Below, piece by piece: positions 11,436 through 22,914 of a stretch of DNA of 64,000 nucleotides. A program made the position numbers and the translations under genes. Below the pieces are notes generated by a model. It ran no database searches and was not told the origin of the DNA. It saw only the letters and a list, made by a program, of their open reading frames with translations. The number at the start of each line of letters is the position of its first letter. The stretch's first letter is position 1. Origin of the DNA: Gammaproteobacteria bacterium (lineage in GTDB: Bacteria; Pseudomonadota; Gammaproteobacteria; UBA4575). The DNA lies in NCBI GenBank assembly GCA_965243395.1, contig CBDEUS010000002.1, positions 608,001-672,000 on the forward strand. Direction: 5' to 3'.

Positions 11436-11876
11436 TTATTTATTGAGTTTAAAATCTGCAGCCTCAACCGCGAGCTCATAACCTTTAGCACCCATACCTG
11501 ATATCACACCAATTGCAATGTCGGAAAGAAATGAGTGTTGACGAAACTCTTCGCGTGAAAACACATTCGACAAGTGCAACTCAATAAAAGGAATATCGAC
11601 CCCTAATAATGCATCCCTTAATGCGATACTGGTATGAGTAAAGGCACCTGGATTGAAAATGATCATATCCACACCATCTGTTTTAGCTTGATGAATACGA
11701 TTGACCAATTCATGTTCTGCGTTGCTTTGAAAGTCTTCTAAACTATGACCCAGATTCTTAGCAGAACTTTGAGCTCGCTTGATAACATCATCCAGGGTCT
11801 CATAGCCATACACTTCAGGCTCACGTTGCCCAAGTAAATTCAAATTAGGACCATTAAGTAAGAGCAATTTGTGCAT
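11436..11876 (-). CDS. aroQ: Type II 3-dehydroquinate dehydratase
   Basis: [33 protein letters not shown]. Confidence 0.97.
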   Translation of the reverse strand: MHKLLLLNGPNLNLLGQREPEVYGYETLDDVIKRAQSSAKNLGHSLEDFQSNAEHELVNRIHQAKTDGVDMIIFNPGAFTHTSIALRDALLGVDIPFIELHLSNVFSREEFRQHSFLSDIAIGVISGMGAKGYELAVEAADFKLNK

Positions 11877-12122
11877 ATTTGAGGCTATCTTGTCGCGAAT
11901 TGTTGCTAAAATGCTGAGTTATTATAGTAATTCGCCAGTGTACACGAAAGCTCAGATGAATCTAGTTAATTTATCGTCTAAATTACACTTTTACAGATTT
12001 TCAACGAAGTTAGCCATAATTTGGCTATATTTTTAAAGAATTTAAGAACAATTTCAGCAAAAAGCGGTCTTAGTTAAGGCTCTGACTCGTTTATTGTAGT
12101 TATTTGAAAGCGAAGTAATTCA

Positions 12123-12803
12123 ATGCATATCTTATTCAACTCTTGGTTTCGATACATGAAATTAAATATAGCTGTGCTTGGTGCTCTATTTTGTTTGCAT
12201 TCCTTTGCACATGCTGAGGAATCGGCTGAGCCGTCACAAACAGCACGTGCGGTTTTTGCAGGAGGGTGTTTTTGGTGCATGGAACCTCCGTTCGACAAAC
12301 TCGAAGGTGTGATAAGTACTACATCAGGATATACGGGCGGACATACTGAGAACCCAACCTATAAGCAAGTATCTTCTGACACTACTGGTCATTTTGAAGC
12401 TGTTGAAATCATTTATGACACAGAGAAAATTAATTATGAAACCCTACTCAATGTATTTTGGCATAACATTGATCCTTTAGATCCTTATGGACAGTTTTGC
12501 GATAAAGGAGAAAGTTATCGCACAGCCATTTTTTATTTGAACGATCAACAAAAAGAATTAGCCAATACATCTGTAAGCAAGATTGTAGCATCAGATTATT
12601 TTGAGTCACCCATTGTGACCGAAGTTTTACCAGCAAAAACTTTTTATCCGGCCGAAGATTATCACCAAGACTATTACGAAAAGAATCCTCTTCGTTATAA
12701 GTACTATCGATTTGCGTGTGGACGCGATAATCGCCTTGAGGAATTATGGGGAGAATCTGCAGGTAAAAGTGGAGAGCTGTTACCAACTGTAGAACAAAAC
12801 TGA
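12123..12803 (+). CDS. msrA: Peptide-methionine (S)-S-oxide reductase with signal peptide (true start probably the later Met, MKLNIAV)
   Basis: FAGGCFWCME, FYPAEDYHQDYY; signal peptide ending AHA. Confidence 0.95.
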   Translation: MHILFNSWFRYMKLNIAVLGALFCLHSFAHAEESAEPSQTARAVFAGGCFWCMEPPFDKLEGVISTTSGYTGGHTENPTYKQVSSDTTGHFEAVEIIYDTEKINYETLLNVFWHNIDPLDPYGQFCDKGESYRTAIFYLNDQQKELANTSVSKIVASDYFESPIVTEVLPAKTFYPAEDYHQDYYEKNPLRYKYYRFACGRDNRLEELWGESAGKSGELLPTVEQN

Positions 12804-12815
12804 CAACTTATTACT

Positions 12816-12839
12816 TGATAGTTTTTAATAAAACTATCA
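12816..12839. terminator. Hairpin between convergent genes
   Basis: tgatagtttt-taat-aaaactatca. Confidence 0.5.
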
Positions 12840-12879
12840 GCTACTCTGCTTGTATTGAAGTAAAGTTAGTTAATTTAAA

Positions 12880-13413
12880 TTAATAAAGTGTTACCACTTT
12901 GTCATTGACAAATGTGTAGCGTGGTTGTTTGTACCAACCATAAAGTAATGCTTTTCGCGGCTCTTTATGTATTTTTTCTTTGTAGATTCTAAGTTCCCCA
13001 TTCACTGGACTCATCCAAAAATCTAAGTCGTACAGTTTTTTACGCTCCCCCACTACATGAAAATCAGTACATGCAAAATAAGTGTTACTGTTAATAACAC
13101 GTACAGGGTCGTGAATTTTTACAAATTTTAATTCCAGGACCTCACCTGTTTTTTCATCACGCATACGAAAGATTCCATTTTCATCTACTCGGTCTGCGAG
13201 ATGGATATCCATCGCTTTTTTAATGTCTTCCACATAAAATTTAGGTGGGCTTTTATCAGTAGTTTCAGGCGGTCTACTATGCTCAATATTATATTGTTCA
13301 CCGATGTTCTCATCAGTGGCATGAAGATTAAATGCGAACCCTAAGGTTAGCCATATTAGGGGAAGAGTGACTAAATATTTTAATAATTTATATTTTAAAA
13401 TTAGAGTCCGCAT
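12880..13413 (-). CDS. Exported hypothetical protein
   Basis: 177-aa ORF with N-terminal hydrophobic segment; YFACTDF...YDLDFW core. Confidence 0.75.
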   Translation of the reverse strand: MRTLILKYKLLKYLVTLPLIWLTLGFAFNLHATDENIGEQYNIEHSRPPETTDKSPPKFYVEDIKKAMDIHLADRVDENGIFRMRDEKTGEVLELKFVKIHDPVRVINSNTYFACTDFHVVGERKKLYDLDFWMSPVNGELRIYKEKIHKEPRKALLYGWYKQPRYTFVNDKVVTLY

Positions 13414-13438
13414 TTGATTATTTCCTTATCGCAGGTTG

Positions 13439-13672
13439 TTAATTGCTTTCAGCGGCTTCGCCGGCATGCTCAGCTTTCTCGCCTGCATGCTCTTTCTTTT
13501 CAGCAGCTTCTCCTGCATGTTCCTTCTTTTCTTCAGCAGCATCACCCGCATGTTCAGCTTTCTCGCCTGCATGCTCTTTTTTCTCTGCGTTTTTACCTGC
13601 GTGCTCTCCAGCGTAGGCAACTACTAAAAAGGTAGACAAAAATATAGCGGTTAGTAGTTTAAAAAATTTCAT
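13439..13672 (-). CDS. Small secreted EHAG-repeat low-complexity protein
   Basis: Signal peptide ending AYA, six EHAG repeats, AGGAG RBS upstream. Confidence 0.85.
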   Translation of the reverse strand: MKFFKLLTAIFLSTFLVVAYAGEHAGKNAEKKEHAGEKAEHAGDAAEEKKEHAGEAAEKKEHAGEKAEHAGEAAESN

Positions 13673-13738
13673 TGTATTACTCCTGTTTAGTTCATCTGTT
13701 TTATAAAAGATTGATTAAAATTAATCCTAATTTAACAA

Positions 13739-14593
13739 CTAGGGTTTGCTTTGGTTTCGTGCTTTTTCGACAACACGTTCATAAGCAAGGTTCTGGTTAC
13801 GAGAACGAAAAGGCTCTAGTAACCATGCCATCGGTGAAAAACATAACTCACGTGCCTCGGGTAGCCCTAATGCATCTATAGGCTTAGTAGTGGCTCCATC
13901 TTCCTCTGGCTGAGAATAAGTGCCAAATAGTCGATCCCAAATACTCAAGATGGTTGAAAAGTTTGCATCACCATAGCGTCTGTCTACTGCATGATGTGAA
14001 GCGTGAAATCTTGGGGTTACGATAATCCACGATAGCCATTTTTCAATCCAATTAGGAAAATCGATATTGCTATGATGAAACTGTGCGCACAAACTAATTA
14101 GAGCCTCGAATAAAAACCATGCCACAACCGTTGGACCCCAAATTACAACCCACGTTGCCTTAACAAGACCAGAAACAATTAATTCAGTTGGATGAAAGCG
14201 TAACGCTGTAGTGACATCCATGGCCGTATCTGAGTGATGAGCCTTATGAAAGCGCCATAAAATGGGTACTCGGTGATTGGCGCGATGCCAAATATAATCG
14301 AAGAAATCGAGTACTATGATTGACAAGATTATTTCTGTCCAACCGTAAATCTCCAGCCAACGTGAGATACCCCAACCTTCTTCTTCTACATATACCACCC
14401 AAAGTAAAAAAGGTACGTAAACAAGAATTCGAATAACAACTGTATTTAAGGCCGCTATGCTTCCGTGAAAAGCGATACGTTTCAGTCGTGAGTCTTGCCA
14501 CTCACGCGTTGGAAATAAAGTTTCTATCAGCAGGAATAAAAATAGTCCTCCAAGAAAGACAATTAGCTTACCGGTGTCTAAATTGATCTCCAT
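13739..14593 (-). CDS. Sterol desaturase/fatty acid hydroxylase family protein
   Basis: His boxes HRANH, HKAHH, FHH, HASHH; RFHPTE. Confidence 0.9.
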   Translation of the reverse strand: MEINLDTGKLIVFLGGLFLFLLIETLFPTREWQDSRLKRIAFHGSIAALNTVVIRILVYVPFLLWVVYVEEEGWGISRWLEIYGWTEIILSIIVLDFFDYIWHRANHRVPILWRFHKAHHSDTAMDVTTALRFHPTELIVSGLVKATWVVIWGPTVVAWFLFEALISLCAQFHHSNIDFPNWIEKWLSWIIVTPRFHASHHAVDRRYGDANFSTILSIWDRLFGTYSQPEEDGATTKPIDALGLPEARELCFSPMAWLLEPFRSRNQNLAYERVVEKARNQSKP

Positions 14594-14676
14594 GTGACTA
14601 CTATAAGTTAAAAGTTATTATTCAGAAATTGAAAAATAGGGCACCAAACCTCAGGTATAGTACGGCCCATCTACAC

Positions 14677-14705
14677 TAGACCGCTGAGATTACTTTTAGC
14701 TTACA
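14677..14705 (-). promoter_or_regulatory. Candidate ECF-sigma promoter TGTAAG-N17-GGTCTA
   Basis: Same spacing as motifs at 29341-29369 (+) and 33716-33744 (-). Confidence 0.45.
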
Positions 14706-14747
14706 GAAAATATGGCCACAATCATATTGTGGTTAAAATAGGATCAA

Positions 14748-16670
14748 TCAGTTGTTTAAAGCAATTCTTCCAGTCTGCTTAAAGTTTTCAATATGTGCAG
14801 AAAACTTTCCAGCATCCATAAAACCCACTACACGGAAGTTACGCAGTTCATTCCCTGACGGGTCATAGAATAAAATTGCCGGAGGACCAAACAAGCCAAG
14901 CTCTTTTAGTAAGGCTTTATCAACGTCGTCATTTTTTGTTACATCGGCTTGTAGCATTACAAAATTATTCAACGATTTTTGTACACCACCATCACTAAAC
15001 GTGAATGCTTCCATCTCTTTACAAGAAATACACCAATCGGCATAAAAATCTAACATCACGGGACGACCTTCTTTAGCCGCCTGGTTTAGCGCAGTTTGCA
15101 GCCCATCCAAACCTTTAATTTGCTGAAAGGGAAGCGCATGTTTAGAACTTGTACTAGAATGCGCGGCATCGTTACTCGCAATTTGCTGAGTACCTGCAAT
15201 TCCTTGTAGTGGTTGTAACAAGCTATGACTCCCTCCTGCGGCACCAATGACTAAAATTGCACCGTATACCAAAGAGATTAATCCCATACCTTTCCAAAGT
15301 TTCGACCAACCGGATGCACCTTCTTTGATTGCATCTAACGCACCTAAGTAAATCGCAGAAACAATCAGTAATGCTCCGCTAAGCAATAAAATAATCGGTG
15401 CTGGTAAAATTCGCTCTAACATCCAAATTGCTAATGCGAGTAATAGCACACCAAACACCGCTTTGACGGCATCCATCCAAGGCCCTGCTTTGGGTAAAAC
15501 TTTTCCTGCTGACGTACCGATTGCTAATAGTGGCGCGCCCATTCCCATGCTTAAGGAAAATAAAGCCACTCCTCCTACCAATGCGTCGCCCGTTTCGGCA
15601 ATGTAAATTAAAGCGCCAATGAGTGGTGCAGTAACACAAGGACCTACAATCAGAGCCGATAACAATCCCATGATTCCTGCACCCACATACGAACCTTGTT
15701 CTTGATTTGAACTAATGCTGTTTAGTTTTGACTGAATACCACTTGGCATTTGTAACTCATAAAAACCAAACATCGCGAGTGAGAGCAATACAAAGATCCC
15801 AGCAAACACACTAATCACCCAAGGGTTTTGAAACCATATTTGTATGTTTTCACCTGATAAACCGACAATTACTCCTGCGATGGTATAGGTCACTGCCATC
15901 GCTAACACATAAACCAGTGATAAAGAAAATGCTTTAGAGGTTGAGATCTCTTCACCCTGTCCGACAATAATGCTGGAAAGAATAGGAATCATTGGAAATA
16001 CACAAGGTGTAAACGCAAGTAGTAAACCTAAACCGAAGAAAAAGAAAACCGTAAACCAAAGTTTTCCAGACGCTAAGGTGCCAGCAATTTTATCCTGCTC
16101 AGACTGAAATTCAGTTCCTGTTGAAGAAGGACTTCCAACTCCATCGTCACTATCACTTACAGACGTAAGATTAGTTGTGGTTGAATCTAAATTTACGCGC
16201 AACGTTTTAGTAATCGGTGGATAACATAATCCAGCCTTAGCACAGCCCTGATATTTAAAAATTAAATCAACTGCACCCTCATTACTCGCTAAATGCGTTA
16301 TTGGAATTTCTGCATTAAATTCATGATCAATACTTACAATAAGTCCAAAATATTCGTCTTCTTTTTCTTCACCTTCTGGTAAGGGTAATTCACCCAGTTT
16401 GATTTGGGATTCATCGGCTGGCGTAACACTAATTTTGTCTTTATAAAGATAGTATCCATCTTGAATGAGCCAATTAGTTTTAATAGTACCTGCATCACCC
16501 AGTTTAGCGGTTACTACGAATGCAACATCCGGGTCTAAAAATTCTTCTTCTTCGTCGCCACTTAAACTAGAAAGTGCATTACCTGCTAATGCTGAAGAAC
16601 TGAAAAATGCAAAAAGTAAAAGTAACGATATGCGTAAAAAATTCATGCTGTTGTGTTTGTTTCTAACCAT
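14748..16670 (-). CDS. dsbD: Thiol:disulfide interchange protein DsbD
   Basis: QGCAKAGLCYPP, FTPCVFPMIPI, GPCVTAPL, WCISC. Confidence 0.97.
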   Translation of the reverse strand: MVRNKHNSMNFLRISLLLLFAFFSSSALAGNALSSLSGDEEEEFLDPDVAFVVTAKLGDAGTIKTNWLIQDGYYLYKDKISVTPADESQIKLGELPLPEGEEKEDEYFGLIVSIDHEFNAEIPITHLASNEGAVDLIFKYQGCAKAGLCYPPITKTLRVNLDSTTTNLTSVSDSDDGVGSPSSTGTEFQSEQDKIAGTLASGKLWFTVFFFFGLGLLLAFTPCVFPMIPILSSIIVGQGEEISTSKAFSLSLVYVLAMAVTYTIAGVIVGLSGENIQIWFQNPWVISVFAGIFVLLSLAMFGFYELQMPSGIQSKLNSISSNQEQGSYVGAGIMGLLSALIVGPCVTAPLIGALIYIAETGDALVGGVALFSLSMGMGAPLLAIGTSAGKVLPKAGPWMDAVKAVFGVLLLALAIWMLERILPAPIILLLSGALLIVSAIYLGALDAIKEGASGWSKLWKGMGLISLVYGAILVIGAAGGSHSLLQPLQGIAGTQQIASNDAAHSSTSSKHALPFQQIKGLDGLQTALNQAAKEGRPVMLDFYADWCISCKEMEAFTFSDGGVQKSLNNFVMLQADVTKNDDVDKALLKELGLFGPPAILFYDPSGNELRNFRVVGFMDAGKFSAHIENFKQTGRIALNN

Positions 16671-16963
16671 GATAAAAATTCTTTTGAACCTTTAGTAATT
16701 TGAGTCGCTACAATCTCAGGAAGTTCGTATGGATGATGGCTTTTAATATATTCTTCAAGCGCTTGGTAGCGACTATCCATAGTCTTAATGACCGCCAAAT
16801 ACTCAGATTCCTTGCAGAGGTTATTTTCCCATATATATATAGATTGTCCTGCCGGTATTATATTTACACATGCCGCCAATTTTGCCTGCACCATTCCCTC
16901 TGCGAGCCGCTGAGCGGTGTCGATATCTGGAAAAGTGGTTAGCACGATGATTGGAAAGCCCAT
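16643..16963 (-). CDS. cutA: Divalent-cation tolerance protein CutA
   Basis: LAACVNI, HPYELPEI; cutA-dsbD synteny. Confidence 0.95.
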   Translation of the reverse strand: MGFPIIVLTTFPDIDTAQRLAEGMVQAKLAACVNIIPAGQSIYIWENNLCKESEYLAVIKTMDSRYQALEEYIKSHHPYELPEIVATQITKGSKEFLSWLETNTTA

Positions 16964-16995
16964 CTTTCAATACCTATCAATTGGTTTCAGGGTAA

Positions 16996-17541
16996 TTGTT
17001 GAAGTTTGGGTCAGTTGCCCCCATATTGCCAGTAAATCCCATAACGAGAAATGATATGCCACCAGTTCGTGTTCGAGTGTTTCCAATCTTATTTGCGTTG
17101 TTTTTGCTAATACCGATACTCGAGGTTTATTTACTGATTCAGGTAGCAAGCATCATTAATTGGCTGCCCACTATCGCACTGGTTGTATTAACCGCTGTAA
17201 TTGGGGCTTCCTTGCTGCGCAGTCAGGGTTTGCAGACTTATATACGTTTTAATCAGGCACTGAATGAAGGGCGTTTGCCCGCCAACGAGATTCTTGAAGG
17301 GGTCGCTTTGTTGATAGGGGGAGCACTGTTACTTACACCGGGTTTTTTTACAGATGCTATCGGTTTCTTTTGTTTGCTGCCCATCACGCGCAGACCCGTT
17401 GTTACGTTTTTAGTCAATCGATTCAACCCCTTAGCAAATATCAATGTAGGCTATTCAGCAGCAACTAGGAATCATTCCTCAAAAGGGCCATCAGGAAACA
17501 TCTATGAAGGTGAAGTGACCCAGCGACCCAAAGACAACTGA
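16996..17541 (+). CDS. fxsA: FxsA family membrane protein (start probably further downstream)
   Basis: LLLTPGFFTDAIG; upstream of groES. Confidence 0.9.
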   Translation: MLKFGSVAPILPVNPITRNDMPPVRVRVFPILFALFLLIPILEVYLLIQVASIINWLPTIALVVLTAVIGASLLRSQGLQTYIRFNQALNEGRLPANEILEGVALLIGGALLLTPGFFTDAIGFFCLLPITRRPVVTFLVNRFNPLANINVGYSAATRNHSSKGPSGNIYEGEVTQRPKDN

Positions 17542-17566
17542 GCTACTAATAAAATCTATAAAATCC

Positions 17567-17620
17567 TTGACTTCAACATGCTCATTCGTATGATTAGCAC
17601 TCATTAGGAGAGAGTGCTAA
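17567..17620 (+). promoter_or_regulatory. Sigma70-like promoter plus CIRCE operator (HrcA site)
   Basis: TTGACT-N16-TATGAT (17567-17594); perfect TTAGCACTC-N9-GAGTGCTAA at 17594-17620. Confidence 0.92.
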
Positions 17621-17682
17621 CAAGAAAGCACCTAGAGATAAACTATTCAATTTTACAATTTAAGCTTATTTAGGAGGCGTCA

Positions 17683-17970
17683 ATGAAATTACGTCCTTTG
17701 CATGACCGAGTGGTCGTCAAACGTATGGAAGAGGAGCGCACGAGCCCGGGTGGGATCGTGATTCCAGACTCTGCAACCGAAAAACCTATCAAAGGCAAAG
17801 TGATTGCAGTGGGTAATGGCAAGGTTACCGACAGTGGAGATGTTCGAAAATTAGATGTTAAAAAAGGTGATGAAGTCCTGTTTGGAAAGTACTCCGGCAC
17901 TGAAGTCAAAGTTGACGGTGATGAATTATTAGTGATGCGTGAAGACGACATCATGGCCGTTATCGAATAA
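17683..17970 (+). CDS. groES: Co-chaperonin GroES
   Basis: [14 protein letters not shown]...GGIVIPD. Confidence 0.99.
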   Translation: MKLRPLHDRVVVKRMEEERTSPGGIVIPDSATEKPIKGKVIAVGNGKVTDSGDVRKLDVKKGDEVLFGKYSGTEVKVDGDELLVMREDDIMAVIE

Positions 17971-18015
17971 GCATCCTCAACAACATTTTAAATTAAAAGT
18001 TATTAACGCATTTAG

Positions 18016-19677
<1,662 letters not shown>

Positions 19678-19700
19678 TTTCTCTCATATACTCTCGTAGT

Positions 19701-19729
19701 AAAAGGCCTCGCTTTGCGAGGCCTTTTTT
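19701..19729 (+). terminator. Rho-independent terminator of groESL
   Basis: aaaaggcctcgc-ttt-gcgaggcctttttt. Confidence 0.9.
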
Positions 19730-19763
19730 ATGCACGCAGTAATTTCTATAAATAAATTGCATC

Positions 19764-19800
19764 TTGTACCAATCGGTATATACTGTACCGATTGGTACAA
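19764..19800. promoter_or_regulatory. Tandem TetR-type operator (perfect 15-bp inverted repeat)
   Basis: ttgtaccaatcggta-tatactg-taccgattggtacaa; each arm is itself a TACCnATnGGTA palindrome; lies just upstream of the operon encoding a TetR. Confidence 0.75.
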
Positions 19801-19819
19801 TTAGAACAGGAAAGATCAA

Positions 19820-20290
19820 ATGTCAGAAGAAAGACCCCCATTCCCCCCGTTTACCCAAGAAGATGCCATTCAAAAAGTGCGTATGGCAGAAAATGCCTGG
19901 AATTTACAGGACCCGCAGAAAATAGCACTTGCTTATTCAGCTGATAGTCGTTGGCGAAATCGAGCAGAATTTTTCAGTGGTCGTGATGAAATTATTGCGT
20001 TTCTTAAGCGCAAGTGGGCGCGTGAACTGGACTATCGATTAATAAAAGAGTTATGGACGTATAACGGCAACCGAATTGCAGTGCGTTTTCAGTATGAATA
20101 TCACGATGATTCTGGGAATTGGTTTCGTGCTCATGGAAATGAAAATTGGGAGTTTAATGACAAAGGATTAATGCAACGTCGCGAAGCCAGCATAAATGAT
20201 GTGCCGATAAAAGAATCGGAGCGAAAATTTTTATGGGAACAAGGTGCACGCCCCGACGATCATCTTGGGCTTACTGAACTTGGATTGTAA
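19820..20290 (+). CDS. DUF1348/SnoaL-like (NTF2 fold) protein
   Basis: [30 protein letters not shown]. Confidence 0.9.
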   Translation: MSEERPPFPPFTQEDAIQKVRMAENAWNLQDPQKIALAYSADSRWRNRAEFFSGRDEIIAFLKRKWARELDYRLIKELWTYNGNRIAVRFQYEYHDDSGNWFRAHGNENWEFNDKGLMQRREASINDVPIKESERKFLWEQGARPDDHLGLTELGL

Positions 20291-20295
20291 AATAA

Positions 20296-20865
20296 ATGCC
20301 TAAAGTGTTTGCTGAACGTAGTGATGTTATTCCGGCATTAGGAGAAGTCTTTAGAGAATATGGATTTGCAGGTGCGTCACTTTCTGAAATAACCGAACGT
20401 ACCGGGCTTGGTAAAGGTAGTCTTTATCATTTTTTCCCCAATGGGAAAAATGAAATGGCAGAAGCTGTTTTAAATGATATTGATAAATGGTTTAAAGATA
20501 ATGTATTTACACCATTGCGTGAAAGTGAAGATGCTGTTGCAAGTATTCGCTTGATGTTTGATGAAGTGAATCGGTATTTTAAATCTGGAAAGCGTATATG
20601 TTTGGTTGGTGCTTTTGCATTAGACCATACACGTGATCAATTCTCTGAGAAAGTATGCAACTATTTTAAAATTTGGATTAGTTCGTTAACTACTGCATTA
20701 AAACTAAATGGGTTAACAAAGAAGGATGCCAAAATGATTGCCGAGGAGGTTGTGGGCGGTATTCAAGGTGCGTTGGTTTTGGCGAGATCACAAGACGACC
20801 CAAAAATTTTTGCACGTACAATGAAACGCCTTGAGCAACGCGTAATGGAGCTCATCGATGACTAA
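20296..20865 (+). CDS. TetR family transcriptional regulator (LmrA/YxaF-like)
   Basis: HTH GLGKGSLYHFFPNGK. Confidence 0.92.
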   Translation: MPKVFAERSDVIPALGEVFREYGFAGASLSEITERTGLGKGSLYHFFPNGKNEMAEAVLNDIDKWFKDNVFTPLRESEDAVASIRLMFDEVNRYFKSGKRICLVGAFALDHTRDQFSEKVCNYFKIWISSLTTALKLNGLTKKDAKMIAEEVVGGIQGALVLARSQDDPKIFARTMKRLEQRVMELIDD

Positions 20866-20919
20866 CGTTTAAATTCTGGTCTAGAATCGACAAGCGTAAA
20901 TGAATTATAAGAGAGAAAA

Positions 20920-21501
20920 ATGAGAGAGTTTATTAGTGATATCGCATTTACCGATACGGTAAAAAAATTACAAGAAGAAAAAGGTTCTAGATCAATCTAT
21001 GCTCGCGCTGAAGAATTCGGAGGTTGGGAAAATATTGTCACCACTAAACTAAGAGAATTTCTTGCTGAACGGGATTCTTTCTATATGTCGAGCGTAAATA
21101 GCGAAGGTTACCCGTATATCCAACACCGTGGTGGTCCTAAAGGATTTTTAAAAGTACTTGATAAACATACTTTAGGGTTTGCCGATTTCTCGGGTAATCG
21201 CCAATTCATTTCTTACGGAAACATACAAGATAATAATAAAGTTTGTTTATTTTTCATGGATTATCCAAACAGAATGAGAATTAAACTTTGGGGCACGGCA
21301 GAAATAAAAGAAGAAGATGCTGAATTAAATGAAAAACTTTCTATCCCTGGTTATAAAGCTGTCGTAGAGCGAGCTTATGTAATCCATGTAGAAGCTTGGG
21401 ATCGGAATTGCCCACAACACATCGTGCCTAGATACACTAAGCAAGAAATTGAAGATTTGGAAATATGCCCCAGTTGTGAGTATAGGGATGTGCGAATCTG
21501 A
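20920..21501 (+). CDS. Pyridoxamine 5'-phosphate oxidase family FMN-binding protein
   Basis: PYIQHRGGPKGFL, ADFSGNRQ, NCPQHI. Confidence 0.9.
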   Translation: MREFISDIAFTDTVKKLQEEKGSRSIYARAEEFGGWENIVTTKLREFLAERDSFYMSSVNSEGYPYIQHRGGPKGFLKVLDKHTLGFADFSGNRQFISYGNIQDNNKVCLFFMDYPNRMRIKLWGTAEIKEEDAELNEKLSIPGYKAVVERAYVIHVEAWDRNCPQHIVPRYTKQEIEDLEICPSCEYRDVRI

Positions 21502-21601
21502 GCCGCGTTCTGGATAATATGAACAGATTAGAGTAAGGCAGTCTAGAATGAAGCTATGTGCCGAAAGCAAACACTAATAATAAATAGCATTAAATTAAAT
21601 C

Positions 21602-22150
21602 ATGCGTATTGATCCGGCAAGTCATCGGGTAGTCGGGGTACGGTTTGTGCCATCGCCTAACTATGATGAACGCCCGGCAAATTCTCCACTGTCATTAATT
21701 GTGATCCATAACATTAGTTTGCCGCCAAATGAATTTGGTGGGCCATATATTGAACAACTGTTTACCAATCAGCTTGATCCAAATGAACACCCTTATTTTA
21801 AAAAAATTGCGCAAAACAAAGTTTCTGCACATCTATTGATTCGTCGCAATGGGGAGTTATTGCAGTTTGTGCCATTCAATATGCGCGCGTGGCATGCTGG
21901 TGAATCAAACTATAACGGCAGATCTCGAGCGAATGATTTTTCTATCGGTATTGAGTTGGAAGGTGCAGATGAGGTTCCTTATGAACCCGAGCAATACTCT
22001 GTATTGGCAAGCTTAGTAGATGCACTACGAATGGCGTATCCATCATTAAACAAACAAGATATTGCAGGACATTCTGATATTGCACCAGGAAGAAAATCCG
22101 ATCCTGGCCTCGCATTTAACTGGGAAAAATTCAGAGATCTATTGGCCTAA
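21602..22150 (+). CDS. ampD: 1,6-anhydro-N-acetylmuramyl-L-alanine amidase
   Basis: IHNISLPP, RAWHAG, SIGIELEG, GHSDIAPGRKSDPG. Confidence 0.96.
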   Translation: MRIDPASHRVVGVRFVPSPNYDERPANSPLSLIVIHNISLPPNEFGGPYIEQLFTNQLDPNEHPYFKKIAQNKVSAHLLIRRNGELLQFVPFNMRAWHAGESNYNGRSRANDFSIGIELEGADEVPYEPEQYSVLASLVDALRMAYPSLNKQDIAGHSDIAPGRKSDPGLAFNWEKFRDLLA

Positions 22151-22155
22151 CATTA

Positions 22156-22848
22156 TCATTCTTCAATAAGCTGCCAAGTTTTATTGATGTAGCCTTCAAT
22201 GGGTGCGAAGTTAATTTTATAATTCATTTTTTGGCACTCTTTAATCCAATAACCAAGATACACATAGTTTAATTGTTTTGATTTAGCGAGTTCGATAAGT
22301 TTCAATATAGCTAGCGTGCCTAAACTACGATTTTGATATGTTGTATCAAAATAAGTGTATGCTGCCGAAAGTCCTTGAGGTAAATGATCAAAGACCGCAA
22401 CACTGATTAATTTTTCTTCTAATCTAAATTCTATAAATTGTGTATCGGACCATGTTCCTAGAATAAACTCTTCATAGTCATGTTGAGTGGATAAGGACAT
22501 TGGACTTTCATTGTGACGATTTTGTAAATATCTCATGTATAAGTCGAAATGCTCTTGTATAAACTTTTTGTCTACTATTTGCATGCTTAGATCTTGGTTT
22601 CTTTTTAATGTGCGCTGTTGAGAACGACTGAGATTAAAATCTTTAACGCATACTCGCGTTGGTATACAGGCTTTGCAATCCGGACATTGCGGACGATATA
22701 AATGGCTGCCATTACGTCGAAAACCATGGTCGATTAACCAACTATAGGTTTGCGTAGAAATTTCGGTATTGGGATCCGCAAATATATTTATGCTATAGCG
22801 GTTAGGTAAATAACCACATGGATGAACTGGAGTTTGATAAAAATCCAT
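22156..22848 (-). CDS. Arginyltransferase (Ate/Bpt family)
   Basis: CGYL, GFRR.G, YRPQCPDC.AC, SLGT, YVYLGYWI..C.KM.YK. Confidence 0.92.
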   Translation of the reverse strand: MDFYQTPVHPCGYLPNRYSINIFADPNTEISTQTYSWLIDHGFRRNGSHLYRPQCPDCKACIPTRVCVKDFNLSRSQQRTLKRNQDLSMQIVDKKFIQEHFDLYMRYLQNRHNESPMSLSTQHDYEEFILGTWSDTQFIEFRLEEKLISVAVFDHLPQGLSAAYTYFDTTYQNRSLGTLAILKLIELAKSKQLNYVYLGYWIKECQKMNYKINFAPIEGYINKTWQLIEE

Positions 22849-22914
22849 CTTTACTTTTGTAAGTCGTTATAATTGCCCATATATATTTTACAAAAAGAAT
22901 AACAATAAATACCT

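Noticed and set aside
13439-13620. Repeated DNA units resembling a CRISPR array
   Set aside because: Units are codon-phased peptide repeats without unique equal-length spacers, and no cas genes are present
13414-13635. Three alternative repetitive ORFs (13414+, 13436+, 13426-)
   Set aside because: Shadows of the EHAG-repeat gene, which has the RBS and signal peptide
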